The notes: generated by a model not told the origin, from the letters alone. A stretch of 63,848 bases of DNA, filler included, from Octopus bimaculoides (GCF_001194135.2; 5 parts of 5 records of this genome joined end to end with filler, not necessarily neighbours in it); one strand, 5' to 3'; shown: positions 1-13,083, counted from the whole stretch's first letter. Translations and numbers: made by a program.

Positions 1-243
1 ATATATATTCAAAGAGAAAGAAAAAGACGGAGGTCTTTCAGACGATGAATATTCAGATATAAATATATAGATACTTATATATTAACAGATCAAACTTACA
101 CACAATTAGCATCTTCCCCTTCAATTTTCTCTGTCGTTTCTACTGTGTGTGTGATTGCTCTATTAATTTATAAACATCGTTGTATTTCGGGTTTATTTTA
201 TTCTTTCATTTGACTAAGTATATATATTCTTTCATGTGCCTAT

Positions 244-371
244 GAACCGCTACGTTACCGGGACGACGGGCTTCTTTCAGTTTCCGTCTACGAAATCCAC
301 TCCTAAGGCTTTGGTCAGCCCGTGGCTATAGTAGAAGACAGTTGCCCAAGGTGTCACGCAGTGGGACTGAA
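244..371 (-). mobile_element. tRNA-derived SINE family B, partial
   Basis: Reverse complement of the motif 'ttgggcaagtgtcttctactatagcc...gtagacggaaactgaaagaagcc' that recurs at ~13480, 16260, 40690 and 45275. Confidence 0.75.
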
Positions 372-649
372 GGTGGCTATGGTTGAAAAGAGACCGCAAT
401 TAGAATCCTTCGGTAAGGGAAGACTCCCTCAGTCTTCGCTGCCCTGGTCAGGTGAAGCGTACTAGCTAAAGAGTGAAACGCTTGTGACCCTGACATACCT
501 GCTGACGACGATACAGAAAGGCTTTCAGCATTGCAATAGATCTAGAAGAGCTTGCAAAACCTCTGAGTAGCTCCGGCAGTGATGCTTATATCACCTATAT
601 ATAAATAGATACTTGATAGAAAATGGAATGAACGACATACTTTATTTAA

Positions 650-758
650 AATCACTACAATTGTTTCGACACATTTTTACACCTATAGTACACTGGTGAG
701 ATGTTGTGTAAACATTATCATGCATTCAAATGTATAAAATGTGTCTCCTCAGGTAATT
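650..758 (-). ncRNA. Type I hammerhead ribozyme motif, intact core (PLE-type minimal HHR)
   Basis: Minus strand reads AAUUAC-CUGAGGA-GACACAUUUU...AAAAUGUGUC-GAAA-CAAUUG-UA-GUGAUU. This gives a CUGANGA core, a 10-bp stem II closed by G-C, GAAA, a palindromic stem III (ACAAUUGU), a GUA cleavage triplet and a 6-bp stem I with one G-U pair. Confidence 0.8.
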
Positions 759-1336
759 GTTTCAATAAGTTCTTCATTAGATCCTACCCTCATTTCACTG
801 GGCGTGAGAATGCATATTCAAAGTGATGTGCCATTTTTCAGAAATTTGCACACAAAACTAAAACCATAGATATTGTGATAGACAAAGAATGATAGTCATC
901 CAAATACAATATATAAAAATAAAGAGATAGACTAAAAGGAGACGTTGGCCTGGTTGACTATGAAATATAATCTTATCTTAATGGTCATATTATAAGGAAG
1001 AAAGTGTTATACAGAATAAGGAATATACAGAATACAGAATAAAATGTAGAATGTAATTAAGCATTTAGAGATCAGAGAATGAAAAAGTGGTGAAGTCTGA
1101 CCACTTCAGTATTTATCCACTATTTCTTTATTTCTTTGAAATATCTAAATTACAATGTCTTTCGCGACAAAACACGTGATCCTATTCCACATTCGAATCA
1201 GCCGGTAGTTAATTTATTGCCGTGTACTTTTTATATGTCGTTTTGAGACAATTACGGAAAAACATGTTAGTAGCCATCCTAACTCACCCCGTGTACATAT
1301 TCCTCTATATATTCACCTGCAAGGTACTGCATATTG

Positions 1337-1387
<51 letters not shown>

Positions 1388-1602
1388 NNNNNNNNNNNNN
1401 NNNNNNNNNNNNNNNNNNNNNNNNNNNNNNNNNNNNNNNNNNNNNNNCTATTCCACATTCGAATCAGCCGGTAGTTAATTTATTGCCGTGTACTTTTTAT
1501 ATGTCGTTTTGAGACAATTACGGAAAAACATGTTAGTAGCCATCCTAACTCACCCCGTGTACATATTCCTCTATATATTCACCTGCAAGGTACTGCATAT
1601 TG

Positions 1603-1640
<38 letters not shown>

Positions 1641-3136
1641 CTATATTTACAAGCATATGCTTCTTACTAATATTCTTACTATTTCTACTGTTTATATCAA
1701 TATTAATAAATGTTGGGTTGAAAGTCTAATTCACATCCAATGCAGTGTGCATTCTTTTTACATACATGTAATAAATAGATAGGTACACCCCCGCACACCC
1801 TCGCGCGCACGCGCACACACACACACACACACACAAATATGTAGATATATGCATGTATATATGTATATACACACACACCAATCTATCTATTCTCTATCGA
1901 CTTTGCTTTTCATCCGTTGGGAGTCGATAAAAGGATCCTTACCCTTTGAACGGTACATCGAGAAATTATTTTTTGTAACTAAACACTTTCAAACCTCGGA
2001 CACTGGTAGAGTGTATCATATAAAACATCTTTTATTCTTAGTGCTGTTGAGAAAAGTTTATATTTTCAAAGATATTTCGTGTTAAAGTTGTCGTATTTCG
2101 GTAATTTCAACCAATTAATGACGTGTATTTAGCTGAATAAAATTACTGCTGTTGTTTGTCAACAACAACTTCATCCATATTGCTGGCCTTAATCCAAAAT
2201 TTGAAACCATTATTAAAATCAACTCTACTCGTTTCGAAATCAGACTGACGTTGAAAGCTAATGATTTCTTTACTCGCTATTTGTTACTTCTAAACACTTA
2301 TTAACTCTCTCACAATCATAATATTCGAGGTAATTGCCAATTAACACTTGTGTATGTGTGTGTGTGTTTGTGTGTGTTATTTTCACTTTATTTTTATTTG
2401 TGTTGTAGTAGTTCATTACACGTTGTTTGCTTGCAGAAAATAAGAAATAAAAATATGCAAAACTTTGAATTATATAGTGTTGAAGGCGAGAAAGACTGGG
2501 AGAGCGTGAGAGAGTGGAGAGTGGGGAGGGAATAAGGGAGGTAAAGGGAGAAGGAAGGGGGATAAGAGCGGGAGAAAGAAGTCCAAATTTACTATGAGTA
2601 TAGTTTTTCTAGGTGCAGTGTGCATAAAATATGCTTAAGTTATGACTTAGGTTCTGAGTTCAAATCCCGCTGGAGTCAAGTATATTTTTATCTTCACTGT
2701 GATCAATAAAATAAAGTACCAGCCACCTACTAGTTAACTGAATAATTCCCTCCAGTCTAGTTTCAGGCCATTTGCCTGTGTTAGAAGCAATTATATTGCG
2801 GCGGTGGATCCGGCAGAGTCGTTAGAGCGTTGTATAAAATGTTTTGGCTCTCAGAGTTCAAGTCTTACTGAGATGAACCTTGCCCCTCATCCCATCAACC
2901 CCTACGTAATTTCTGTCCTGCACCTATATCAGAAAACATGAATAAGGCAAATCTATTTGCTACTGAGTTAAAATTGAGGTGAACATTGCTTTTTAACTGC
3001 AAGGGATCCATGAAAGAAAGTACCAGTCATATACTGCTGTCGTTTGAATCTAACGATCCAACCTTACCCTTCCTCCCAAATTGCCTTGTGCTTATATGTC
3101 AACTTTATTTTTTTTGTCTTAATACTAAAGAAAGAG

Positions 3137-3280
3137 AATGGCTTTTTGAAATGGCTTTTGCTTGAAATGGCTTTTGCTTGAAATGGCTTTTGCTTGAAAT
3201 GGCTTTTGCTTGAAATGGCTTTTGCTTGAAATGGGTTTTGCTCGAATTTTATCTTGAAATGGCTTTTGCTCGAATTTTAC
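3137..3280. repeat. 16-bp minisatellite (gaaatggcttttgctt)n
   Basis: About 5 near-perfect tandem units followed by degenerate units. Confidence 0.9.
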
Positions 3281-3673
3281 TTCCTCCAGCTCACCTTGGA
3301 TTTGTTTTGGTGGAACTGTCGTTTAGCTTTAGGTCCACCCTGTATTATGAGAGGGATTCCATTTGTGACCATCTTGTGTTTTTCCTATATACAGTGAGAG
3401 TCATGACTAGATTTACACTTGTGTTTTTATTTAAGAGAATGGGGTTTAGTTTTGAGATGATCTGACCGCTATTTCAAGCAGGTAGGGTTTCTTTCGTTGA
3501 TTAGAGACATGTCACCCAACATTGAGCAAACCCATGACTACACTGCTTAATATGACCGTCTCATTTATAAGGAGATGAAGTGTGGCTTGACAGATATTGC
3601 TGCTATTTCGAGGGAATACGTTGACCAACCCTGCTGTTTGTCTAATTTTCGTATTATTATATTGATATGCATA

Positions 3674-4080
3674 CAGGGGTTGGACAAAATAATGGAAACA
3701 TCAAGCATCATAACATCATAATTTTGAAATATCTATAAAACTGTCAAAAGCTTGTTTACTTTTATGTTTTTTGATTTATTATTAGTGTTCCTTAATATGT
3801 TTTGCTAAAATTACTGCATTTTTTTCAGATATCATCAGAAAAAAGGTAATTAAAATTCATTAAAATGACAGATCTATCGGACTTTCAAAGAGGTCAAATT
3901 CTTGGTGTTCGTATGGCAGGCGCTAGCGTAACGAAAAAAAGCCGAAATGTTTGGTGTATCAAGAAGTACTGTCTCGAAAGTAATAACAGCCTCTGAGAAA
4001 GAGGGAAAACTCTCCTCGTCGAAACAAAACTCCGGAAGAAAACCAAAACTTTCAGATAGGAACCGTTGACGAACTTTTAG
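3674..4080 (+). mobile_element. Tc1-family DNA transposon, left end plus N-terminal transposase remnant
   Basis: TA|caggggttggacaaaataatggaaac terminus. From ATG 3865: MTDLSDFQRGQILGVRMAGASVTK/AEMFGVSRSTVSKVITASEKEGKLSSSKQNSGRKPKLSDR (paired-like HTH plus GRPR-like motif), with a +1 frameshift in an A-run. No matching right TIR seen. Confidence 0.85.
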
Positions 4081-4744
4081 TATAACTACATATCCGTATT
4101 TCTCCACACATCTTGGATATTGTTTTTGAACAATTTTTTTTAATGCTTCAACATGCTCTCGTGATGAGTAAAAAATTGTAGACTGGTAGAATCGTTAGAG
4201 CGCCGAACAGAATGCCGTAAGGCATTTCGTCTGGCTGCTTGCGTTCTGAGTTCAGTTCTTGCTAAGATCATCTTTGCAAATTCATCTCTGTAGAGTCAAT
4301 AAAATATAGGTGAGCCAAATACTGGAAACGGTGTTAATCAACTAACTAAACTTAGAATCTTTTACCTATATTAGAAATAATTTGTTATTTCATTGTTGAC
4401 TTGTTTAGATGTGTATTGGTGGCGATTCTCGAGACGAAGTATTTTTTACCTCCTATAACAGCAAGGAGTTTTGTCTTAACTCATTCAGAAACAAGCGGCT
4501 TTGGATAGTTTGGGAGCTGTATCCATACAGGGGTTAGGGCAAAATAAGGTTTGTTTCTTAGGCATGTTATATGTTTTTGTTTCGTTAAAACATTCTGTAA
4601 ACATTGGCGTGTCTTACTACAAAAGGGAACACCCTGAAAAAAAAAAAAGAATGAAAAAACATGATTATTTTATTGTCACAGCAAAACACACAGGAACATA
4701 TTGACATAATAGAAAAAAAACAAAGAAAATGATTTTATTAGCAG

Positions 4745-5204
4745 TAACAGCGTGTGTGAAGAGGATGGCTACTGGAAGACACTATGTCTAGCAACAGGAC
4801 TCTGCACTGTTCCACACAAGCAGGAGAACCCAGACATGGCTGTCAGACAATTTTTGCGACCACATCACCGTTAACATCTGGCTACCTAACTCCCCACACT
4901 GCTTGCGGCGCAGTTGAGCAAGAGACCAACAAAACGTTTTGTGACACCAAAGATGAACTAAAGGCAAGGATTATGGCACCATTCACCAACTTAAACAAGG
5001 AGACCGCCCAGAAGAGTTGCAGGAGATACTGAAGCCGTCTGGAGGCCGTGGTTCAAACCAATGGCGATTTTATTGAATAAATTTACATTTTAGAATTTCA
5101 AGATAGTTTTATGTAAATTTTGGTAAATATATCTGTTAAAATGAGATGTCAGTGTTATTTTCATTTTTGCGTAATTTAGACGACAATTTATTTACCGCAT
5201 CCTG
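4745..5204 (+). mobile_element. maT/DD37D-like Tc1-mariner transposase C-terminal remnant with right TIR
   Basis: Translates as QQDSALFHTSRRTQTWLSDNFCDHITVNIWLPNSP..GAVEQETNKTFCDTKDELKARIMAPFTNLNKETAQKSCRRY*SRLEAVVQTNGDFIE*. Ends gacgacaatttatttaccgcatcctg|TA. Confidence 0.8.
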
Positions 5205-5970
5205 TATATATATATAAAGGTAAGGTCCAAGAATCGAGGTGTTGGGAGATAGTGAGATTCAAGCAGTCCGTAGAAGATATATATATTTAAAAAAAAACAG
5301 TTTTCAAGAACACTAGTGGTTTATTGGCGCAGAAGGTTGTGAATTTTTTTCGTGTACAAGTACGATAAGCTGAAAAGAAGTTAATTTTATAGTTCACGGT
5401 TAATCCTCTGCAAGTTAACGCGGGATCTCCTAACGACAATGTAAGCTTCATATAACCAAAGTATCTTAGGCCTGAAGAGTAGCTTGCGGTCCACCTTCGT
5501 TTGGATAATTACTTCTTCCAAGGTTCCGCTACCTATGAAACACATGTAGCCTTGATTTTATATCAATTCCAACATTTTTTATATCAANNNNNNNNNNNNN
5601 NNNNNNNNNNNNNNNNNNNNNNNNNNNNNNNNNNNNNNNNNNNNNNNNNNNNNNNNNNNNNNNNNNNNNNNNNNNNNNNNNNNNNNNNNNNNNNNNNNNN
5701 NNNNNNNNNNNNNNNNNNNNNNNNNNNNNNNNNNNNNNNNNNNNNNNACACACGTTTGTATATTAATTGTTCAGTGTCTTTTAGCACATCTGTCCATCGT
5801 GTTTACTGGTGTGTTTGGATAGTTTTTGTGTCATATCAGATGAGAAGTGGTTTCTAATTCCTCAGTCAATTCTCCACTATTTCTTGCAAGAAACGGACAT
5901 TGTGGCTTGTCTCACTCCATCTCCTCACTGCACTACATAACTAATTCTAAAATGGAAAGAGAGGGAGAAA

Positions 5971-6015
<45 letters not shown>

Positions 6016-6401
6016 AGTGAGAGAGTGAGAGTGAGAGAGAGAGAGGGAGAGTGAGAGAGGGAGAGTGAGAGAGAAAGCGAGAGAAGGATAGAGAGAGAAA
6101 GAGCGAGGGGATTAATAATTGGCCCGTAGACTAAAAGTTTAACTTAACCTTGGTGGGATTCGAACTCGATATGCAAAGAACCGGAACAATTACCGCAAAA
6201 CAAGCATACAAAACAATACAAAGAAAGCTTGTGTGCATACATGCGTGTCAGCGTGTTTACGGTGGCGGAACTTGTTTAAAATTCATCTAATCGTTTCATA
6301 TGAAAGTTTTAGTAATTAACCATGAAGGAAACGTGTGATTGTCGTCGGTTGACGCGGACCACAGGCAAATGACATACGTCTTCATTGCATTCATTTTTCA
6401 G

Positions 6402-6529
6402 CCCATCACGCCCAGTCGATGTTGTGGCAAGTGTGCAAGTGGACCCGCCCCTCTACACAGATGTACGAAACAGCTGCGACGTTAAGGCTGGAGCTGGCAG
6501 ATCGGGGATGTCACAATGTTAGGGACTGA
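6402..6529 (+). CDS. Candidate terminal coding exon of an unidentified host gene
   Basis: Branch-like atgac plus 'ttcattgcattcatttttcag|' acceptor, followed by non-repetitive GC-richer sequence. Open frames: PSRPVDVVASVQVDPPLYTDVRNSCDVKAGAGRSGMSQC* (stop 6520-6522) or HHAQSMLWQVCKWTRPSTQMYETAATLRLELADRGCHNVRD* (stop 6527-6529). No protein family recognised. Confidence 0.3.
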
Positions 6530-7464
6530 GAGCTCGCAATAATGACAGTAGTAGTAGTAGTAGTAGTAGTAGCGGTTGTTGTTGTTGTTATTATTGTTAT
6601 CGTCATAACTGTTGTTGTGTCGGCAGTAATTGTAGGTTGGGGTGGTAATGTTTAGAGTGAACGTAGTTGCGATGGTGGAGTCTAGGATGAGACAGCGGTG
6701 ATGATTATAGTTCATGTGTTTCTTTCGTTGGAAGTGATAATAATGCTGCTGCTGTTGATGATGATAATGAGGAGGAGGAGAAGTTAGTGGTGAATTTCTT
6801 TTACTTGCCTCGGGAGTGTCGAGCAAACGGGACTTCAGAAAGACAAGTTACACTCCGTGTTCTACATAGAATATGAGGAAGCAAAACAAGTGAGATAAAA
6901 AAAAAAGGACGGTACTCTTTTCTTGATACAAGAGGCCCTGCAACTCGGGTCAGTCATGGAACCCTAAAGATACAAAATCATGCTGGCAACCAAGGGCAAA
7001 TAACCTCTCCTCAGTATTGCTTATCAATCTACACTCACATATTTAGAATAACCCCAGCCTCTCTAACGAATTTAGCTACAGTCATCCTTTTGACAAATTT
7101 TCTAGAGGAGGCCACTTCCACCTTCCCTTCATCTCTCTTTAAAAGTGAAACTTGAAGAAATAAAAGAAAATTGAAAATGACTGACCACACAACCTGTTTC
7201 GCCACAGCCACCAGAAAAAGAAAGACTGCCTGCCCTGCTCAATTAAAAGAAGGCGACGGCGTCTACCTCACGATGGACTCAGTCGATTGCTGGATTCAGC
7301 CTACACCCATATTTCGATAGTCATAAACCCCTAAAGTCAGCAATACCCAGGCATCGAAAGAAGGGTTTCATCGGGCCAGGTCGCCGGCTTGATGGTACTT
7401 TCCTTCCTCGCTCTGAACTAACTCGGAGACCTAACTAAGTGATAATAATGAAAAAAGACGATAA

Positions 7465-7674
7465 GACGGCGAACTGGCAGAATCGTTAGCATGCCGGACA
7501 AAATGCTTAGCGACATTTCGTCCGTCTTTACGTTTTGAGTTCAAATTCCGCCGAGGTTGCCTTTGCCTTTCATTCTTCGGGGTCGATAAAATAAGTACTA
7601 GCTGAGCACTGGGGTCGTTGTACTCGACTTACCTCGGCCCCGAAATTGCTGGTTTTGTGCCAAAATTCTAAACC
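7465..7674 (+). mobile_element. SINE family A, near full length
   Basis: 'ggcgaactggcagaatcgttagc...gagttcaaattccgccgagg...gataaaataagtac' with A/B-box-like motifs. More than 12 related copies in the window. Confidence 0.85.
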
Positions 7675-8274
7675 AATAATTAAAAGACAGAATGAATCCA
7701 TAAATTAACAACATAGATGAAAGGTTCTCGTACCAGAAACAAAAACTAACTTTAAGTCTACAGCAAAAGTTTCCAGTAATTTTTCGGGAGTGATAGATCA
7801 CTGATACGTAACGAAGGGTAGGAAAAGTTCTGTAGATTTGATATAATAGAAGCTTGTAACTGGTCAGTGAGAAAGAGACGGAAGACAAGAAGTTCAAGAA
7901 AGCTATGGCTTGCAGCTGTTGCCAACAGTTTTGAGGATGGTAGGTCAGTAATTGCATGGTTGAGTGAGATAAGAGAAATGCACGTGAGTTTCTTGACAAG
8001 AATGTCTGGGGGAAACATCCAGGGATGTGTTCTGCATGAAAAACAAAGAATAAAGTGGGCGCTAGCATAAATAATATAGCGAGCCAAGATATTGTAATCA
8101 AAATCAGAGTCTTAGTAATGAGAAAAAAATTATTATTTAAATGATCAATACTGGTGAAAAAGACGAGGGAAGCAAAGTCCCGGAATTTAGATTAACGAAA
8201 ATTTATTAAACAGAATATATTAGTATAGAACTCCATAAAAATGTTATAGCTTTTGTTGTTCCAACCGCTGCTAC

Positions 8275-8372
8275 TGATGATGATGATGTTGATGATGATG
8301 ATGTTGATGATGATGATGTTGATGATGATGATGTTGATGATGATGATGTTGATGATGATGATGATGATGATT
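8275..8372. repeat. (GAT)n microsatellite with 15-bp higher-order period (gatgatgatgatgtt)
   Basis: A GTT interruption recurs every fifth triplet for about 5 periods. Confidence 0.9.
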
Positions 8373-10343
8373 GATGTATGAAAATTATTTCTGTTATTAT
8401 TTTCTCATCGTCTGTTGCTACTTTTGTTGGCTGATGGTGTTGTGTTTTTGCTGCTATTGTTGTTTTTGTTGCTTTGTTGATATCGTTGTTGCTGTTGGTG
8501 CTGTTTCTCCACTCGTTGCAATGGCTACCTAACACTATCGAGTGTTGTCTGTCATTGTTTTACATCAACAGTAATTAGAACTGCACTGACGGTGTATAGT
8601 GTCTACGTTGACAGCTGTTACTCCTACAGTTGCCACTGTTCCACCTTCAACATATATTATTGTAATTGCAGTTGCATACAAACACATAAACACAGATGTA
8701 CACTTGCGTTTAAGGTTTAACTATTGATGTAGACCCTAAAGTTTATGGAAGGAGATCAAACTAGTGAGGCTGAATAAAAGACAACGTTTACATAATAAAA
8801 TTAAATATGTTTTGGAAATAAATTTTTCATTAAGGAGAAGACAAGATGGTTACAATATAAATTGCTACTCTACGGTTCTACGAAATGGTATAACCATATA
8901 TATATATATCAAAAGTATTTCTCATATATCTATTTTTGGACAACAAATGTTCAATTGACTAAACTGAAGGAAACGTCTGATAATGATACCAAAACCATGA
9001 ACAGTTTAACCATCCTGAGATCTGTGTGTTACGATTTTACTATAGTTTAACTATATTTCACAGATGAGACCTAACAAGAGCGAAATATACCTTGTCCTTA
9101 CAAGGAGAAAAGTAGTGATTATTTTTGGCAGAAAATACTAATATCGAAGTAGACATTTATACCGAAATGGTAAATAAGAGCAAATGATCTAATTCTCTTC
9201 CTCTCGTTCTTTATATCTTTCTATCCCGCCACATTTTGCCAAACGAAAATATTGAAAATATTGTAAATGGATGGACTTTAGTAGTAAATGGCCGGTAGCA
9301 ATGGTGACAAAGGAGTGAGTAGTTCCTCTGACTGAAGAATTTGTCCAAGAATATTCTAGAAGAATTTTGTAATACCTTTGCCTTGCTAAAAAAGTGGAAG
9401 AACGCTGTGTGCCGTCAAAGAGAAATTTAAAGAAGTAAAGTTCTAGTTGGTTTATGGGAAATTATTCTGTCCATCTACCGATAAAGGCTTATGGAAGTGC
9501 TTACCTGGTCTCGAAGATGGAGGGTGAAGCCAGGCAATAAACAGATATTGTACATCGCACATATCTACTAAGACATAGGGTAATGCAAGTGTCACAATCA
9601 GGGAGAGTGACGATGATAATGTCAAATGCTTGAACATCACATTTATTACGCAATATGGGTATGGAACGGGTGCAGAGTCGGGCGTACTTTTGTACTGTAC
9701 CATGGGTTGGGAATGGATGCGGAGGCGCGGAGGTAATTAAATATTAGATGTGAACGAGATGAGTCACTATGAACTTCTAAATCATAATAAGTACAGAGCC
9801 ATCTTGGGCCTTTGCCTCGTCGTGAATGCAGAGTCACAAGCAATGAGACAGGAGGTGCATGACAGAAATCCCAGATGTTTAACTTTATAATTAAGATCTA
9901 AGCATTTTATACCTTCGAGCAGTTGCAGTAGCAGCTGTGTAGTAAGACCGGACCTTTCGATAACTGGCGTAACCTATCCAATGGGCTTCCTCCACGTTTC
10001 CATTCATTCAGTTTCACTCACAGGGTTTGGGTCGTACCGAAGCTATGGTAAAAAGGCACCTAGCCAAGATCCTATGCAGAGGGATCGAATCAATGGGACT
10101 GCAAAACGTTTTTTGTTTTTGTTTTTAGCTATTCGGTCATACTGTATCCTTACGGGTTAAACAGTCTATTGTTAGAAATAACTGACCTCCCAGCAGTTAT
10201 TTCTGACAAAGTCCGATAGAATAAGTGCCAGACTTAAAAGAAAATAGGTACTTGGGTCCATGCATTTTACTAAAGATTCTAAAATTCTTCAATCTAATGA
10301 TTGAACAAGTAAACTGATAAAAAATGAATATATATATATATAA

Positions 10344-10374
<31 letters not shown>

Positions 10375-10711
10375 GTGTAGACACATATGCAAGTATATAC
10401 ACAAATACATCTATATGTATATATATATATATGTATGTGTGTGTATATAATTATATATTATATACATATATGTATGCATATATATTCTATACGTACCCTA
10501 GAAGAAGTAATTTCATACCTCCTTAAATCAATTGAACACTTTATAATGTCGATATAACCATAATTATTCTCGCTGTGATATTCACTATATTTCATGTTTC
10601 GAACCATTTCGCTTTTTTCTGTTGCGTTTCGTTTCTTTAATAGAAGCCTTTAAAACAACGCTGCAAATAAGTATAGTAACACCGCATGTTGTATGATATA
10701 TTGGTGACAAA

Positions 10712-11167
10712 TGTTGGCGCGCACAAAGCCAGCAATTTCGTGGCAGGGGGTAAGTCCATTACATCGACTCTAGAATTCAACTGGCACTTATTTTATTGAC
10801 CCCGAATGGATTAAAAGCAAATCCGACTCTGGCGGAATTTGTACTCAGAACATAAATTCGGAAAAAATGCCACTACGCATTTTGTCCGCGCAGTCACCAT
10901 TCTGCCGCCTTGCCACCGTTGTATGCTATAAGATACATCTAATACTATAGTATATATATTATAATATATTGGTTTCAAATTTGGGCACGAGGTTAGCAAT
11001 TCTGAGGGAGGGGTTAAATCGATTGTTCAACCGTTACTTATTTTATCGACTGCGAAAGGATGAAAGGCAAAGTGGACCTCGGAAGCGTTTGCCTCCAGAG
11101 CGTTAAGTCGGAAGAAATGCCGCTATGCATTTTGTTCGGCGCTGTCACGTTTCTGTCCGCTCGCCGC
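10712..11167 (-). mobile_element. Two adjacent SINE family A copies
   Basis: Reverse-complement matches to 7465-7674 at ~10712-10910 and ~10968-11167. Confidence 0.75.
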
Positions 11168-11447
11168 TGCTGTATGTTATAAGGTATATAGCATATTATA
11201 ATATATTATAATATATAATATAATATATTGAATATATTATATTACTAGTGGGATCTTTGAAAATTCCACGATATATGTCAGCATATTTAAAAACATGTTA
11301 ATATATTAAGCACAAGCAGAGAACTTCAAAAAATTTCTTTTGAAATCCTGCCATTTAAGTAAAACTGTGCATTAAAATAAAACATTTCATTTCAATTCAG
11401 CTCAGCTGTCCCTCTATTTGATTATGTATTTATATAATTGTAGTCTC

Positions 11448-11489
<42 letters not shown>

Positions 11490-11661
11490 TTTTCTGTCTG
11501 TCTGTCTGTTTGTTTGTCTAATTAAATATAGCTACTTTCCTTTCAGCCAATGTATGTATCTTTCTACTCTCATAATACCAATAAACATTTAAACCTAATA
11601 ACAAAAAAAAAAAAGAANNNNNNNNNNNNNNNNNNNNNNNNNNNNNNNNNNNNNNNNNNNN

Positions 11662-11673
11662 TTAATTAATTAA
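11662..11673. other. Assembly linker TTAATTAATTAA inside N-gap (also 40239-40250, 57293-57304, 62650-62661)
   Basis: The identical 12-mer, with stops in all six frames, is embedded between N-runs four times. Technical, not biological. Confidence 0.9.
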
Positions 11674-11848
11674 NNNNNNNNNNNNNNNNNNNNNNNNNNN
11701 NNNNNNNNNNNNNNNNNCACTTTCAATACAGTAACCATAAGAGCATCACAGCAAACCACAGCACATACCCAAGGCACACAGTAGTGAAGTGAAAGCACGT
11801 TATAAAAATAAAACTACTGAACAATAATAATAATAATAATAATAATAG

Positions 11849-12396
11849 ATGCTCTGATGCAGTACCAGGCAGTGGTTCTCATGACTTCTGATCTTAATTG
11901 ATTGGAAGTGTTATCATATACATTGTTTTGTCGTGATATAAAAGATGGGCTACAGCAAATATTCTGCTCAATACCACAGATTTGCTTGTCAATTGCTTAA
12001 CCTTAACCAGTTGAGCATGTCCCTGGGTGGCTAACGATATGTGCATCTCGGATCACGAGCAGAAGTAATGGGGGAGTATCATTGCTATGTGTTGAGAGGA
12101 ATTCTTTCGGGTTTGGATAATTCACTTCTGGAAACATGGGTGTTTTGTTTATCATTTTTAAACAACGCTTATTCAGGGACCTTTTGAGTGGGATGGGCTA
12201 CTCGACCTGAAGAATATTCTAATTGGGCCCCATCTGCTGTTTATCTTGATATGAGATCACTATGTCACGCACATATTTTAGTGATGCATGTGCCTGGTGT
12301 ACCCTAATCGGAGGGGTAGTCACGATGGGTATACTGGGCTTCGTATACTTTACCCCAGTGTCACTTTGATGATATGCATTGCTCTCTCACTCAATG
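11849..12396 (+). mobile_element. Interspersed repeat, probable non-LTR retrotransposon 3' end associated with (AAT)n
   Basis: Starts directly after an (AAT)n tract and ends 'ccccagtgtcactttgat...gctctctcactcaat'. The same tail recurs at ~14722-14764, followed by a long (AAT)n. Confidence 0.6.
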
Positions 12397-12499
12397 ATTT
12401 CTCTGCCCTAGGTGTACGGAAAACACTCGGCGAGAAATGGGAAAAAATTTGAAGAAAGAAGAAAAAAAAACATAACAATAATAATAATAATAATAATCC

Positions 12500-12690
12500 T
12501 TTCTACTAAAGGCACAAGGCCTGCAATTTTCAGGGAGGGCACTAGTCGATTACTTCGACCTCAGTGTTCCACTTTTACTTCATTTATCGAACCCGAAAGG
12601 ACGAAAGTCAAAGTCAACCTCGGGAGAATTGAAACTCAGAACGTAAAGATAGACGAAATGCCGCTAAGCATTTTGCCCAGCGTGCTAACT
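12500..12690 (-). mobile_element. SINE family A
   Basis: Reverse complement of the family A body (ttatcgaacccgaaagg...gaaactcagaacgtaaag...gaaatgccgctaagcattttg). Confidence 0.8.
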
Positions 12691-13083
12691 CCAGTGTTAA
12701 TCACGCGGGTCGCAGTTTGNNNNNNNNNNNNNNNNNNNNNNNNNNNNNNNNNNNNNNNNNNNNNNNNNNNNNNNNNNNNNNNNNNNNNNNNNNNNNNNNN
12801 NNNNNNNNNNNNNNNNNNNNNNNNNNNNNNNNNNNNNNNNNNNNNNNNNNNNNNNNNNNNNNNNNNNNNNNNNNNNNNNNNNNNNNNNNNNNNNNNNNNN
12901 NNNNNNNNNNNNNNNNNNNNNNNNNNNNNNNNNNNNNNNNNNNNNNNNNNNNNNNNNNNNNNNNNNNNNNNNNNNNNNNNNNNNNNNNNNNNNNNNNNNN
13001 NNNNNNNNNNNNNNNNNNNNNNNNNNNNNNNNNNNNNNNNNNNNNNNNNNNNNNNNNNNNNNNNNNNNNNNNNNNNNNNNNNN

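Noticed and set aside
1182-1639. Exact ~200-bp duplication (1182-1387 and 1448-1639)
   Set aside because: The copies are identical, flank an N-gap and end in the same (CA)n. This is a typical unmerged contig overlap.
2226-2277. HHR-like stem II plus GAAAC..GUA on minus; similar partial motifs near 9060, 27550 and 44805
   Set aside because: The CUGANGA core or the stems are too damaged to call.
3137-3280. CRISPR-like array
   Set aside because: Contiguous tandem units with no unique spacers, in a eukaryotic context with no cas genes. The same applies to the 42-bp repeat at 36270.
6482-6826. 114-aa minus-strand low-complexity ORF (poly-H/Q/N/Y)
   Set aside because: Built from trinucleotide repeats, with a non-ATG start and no domain. 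More simply explained as antisense of a UTR-like region.
9420-9880. GC-richer stretch, considered as a Gypsy gag/protease relic or an exon
   Set aside because: No convincing zinc-knuckle, DTG or splice pattern in any frame.
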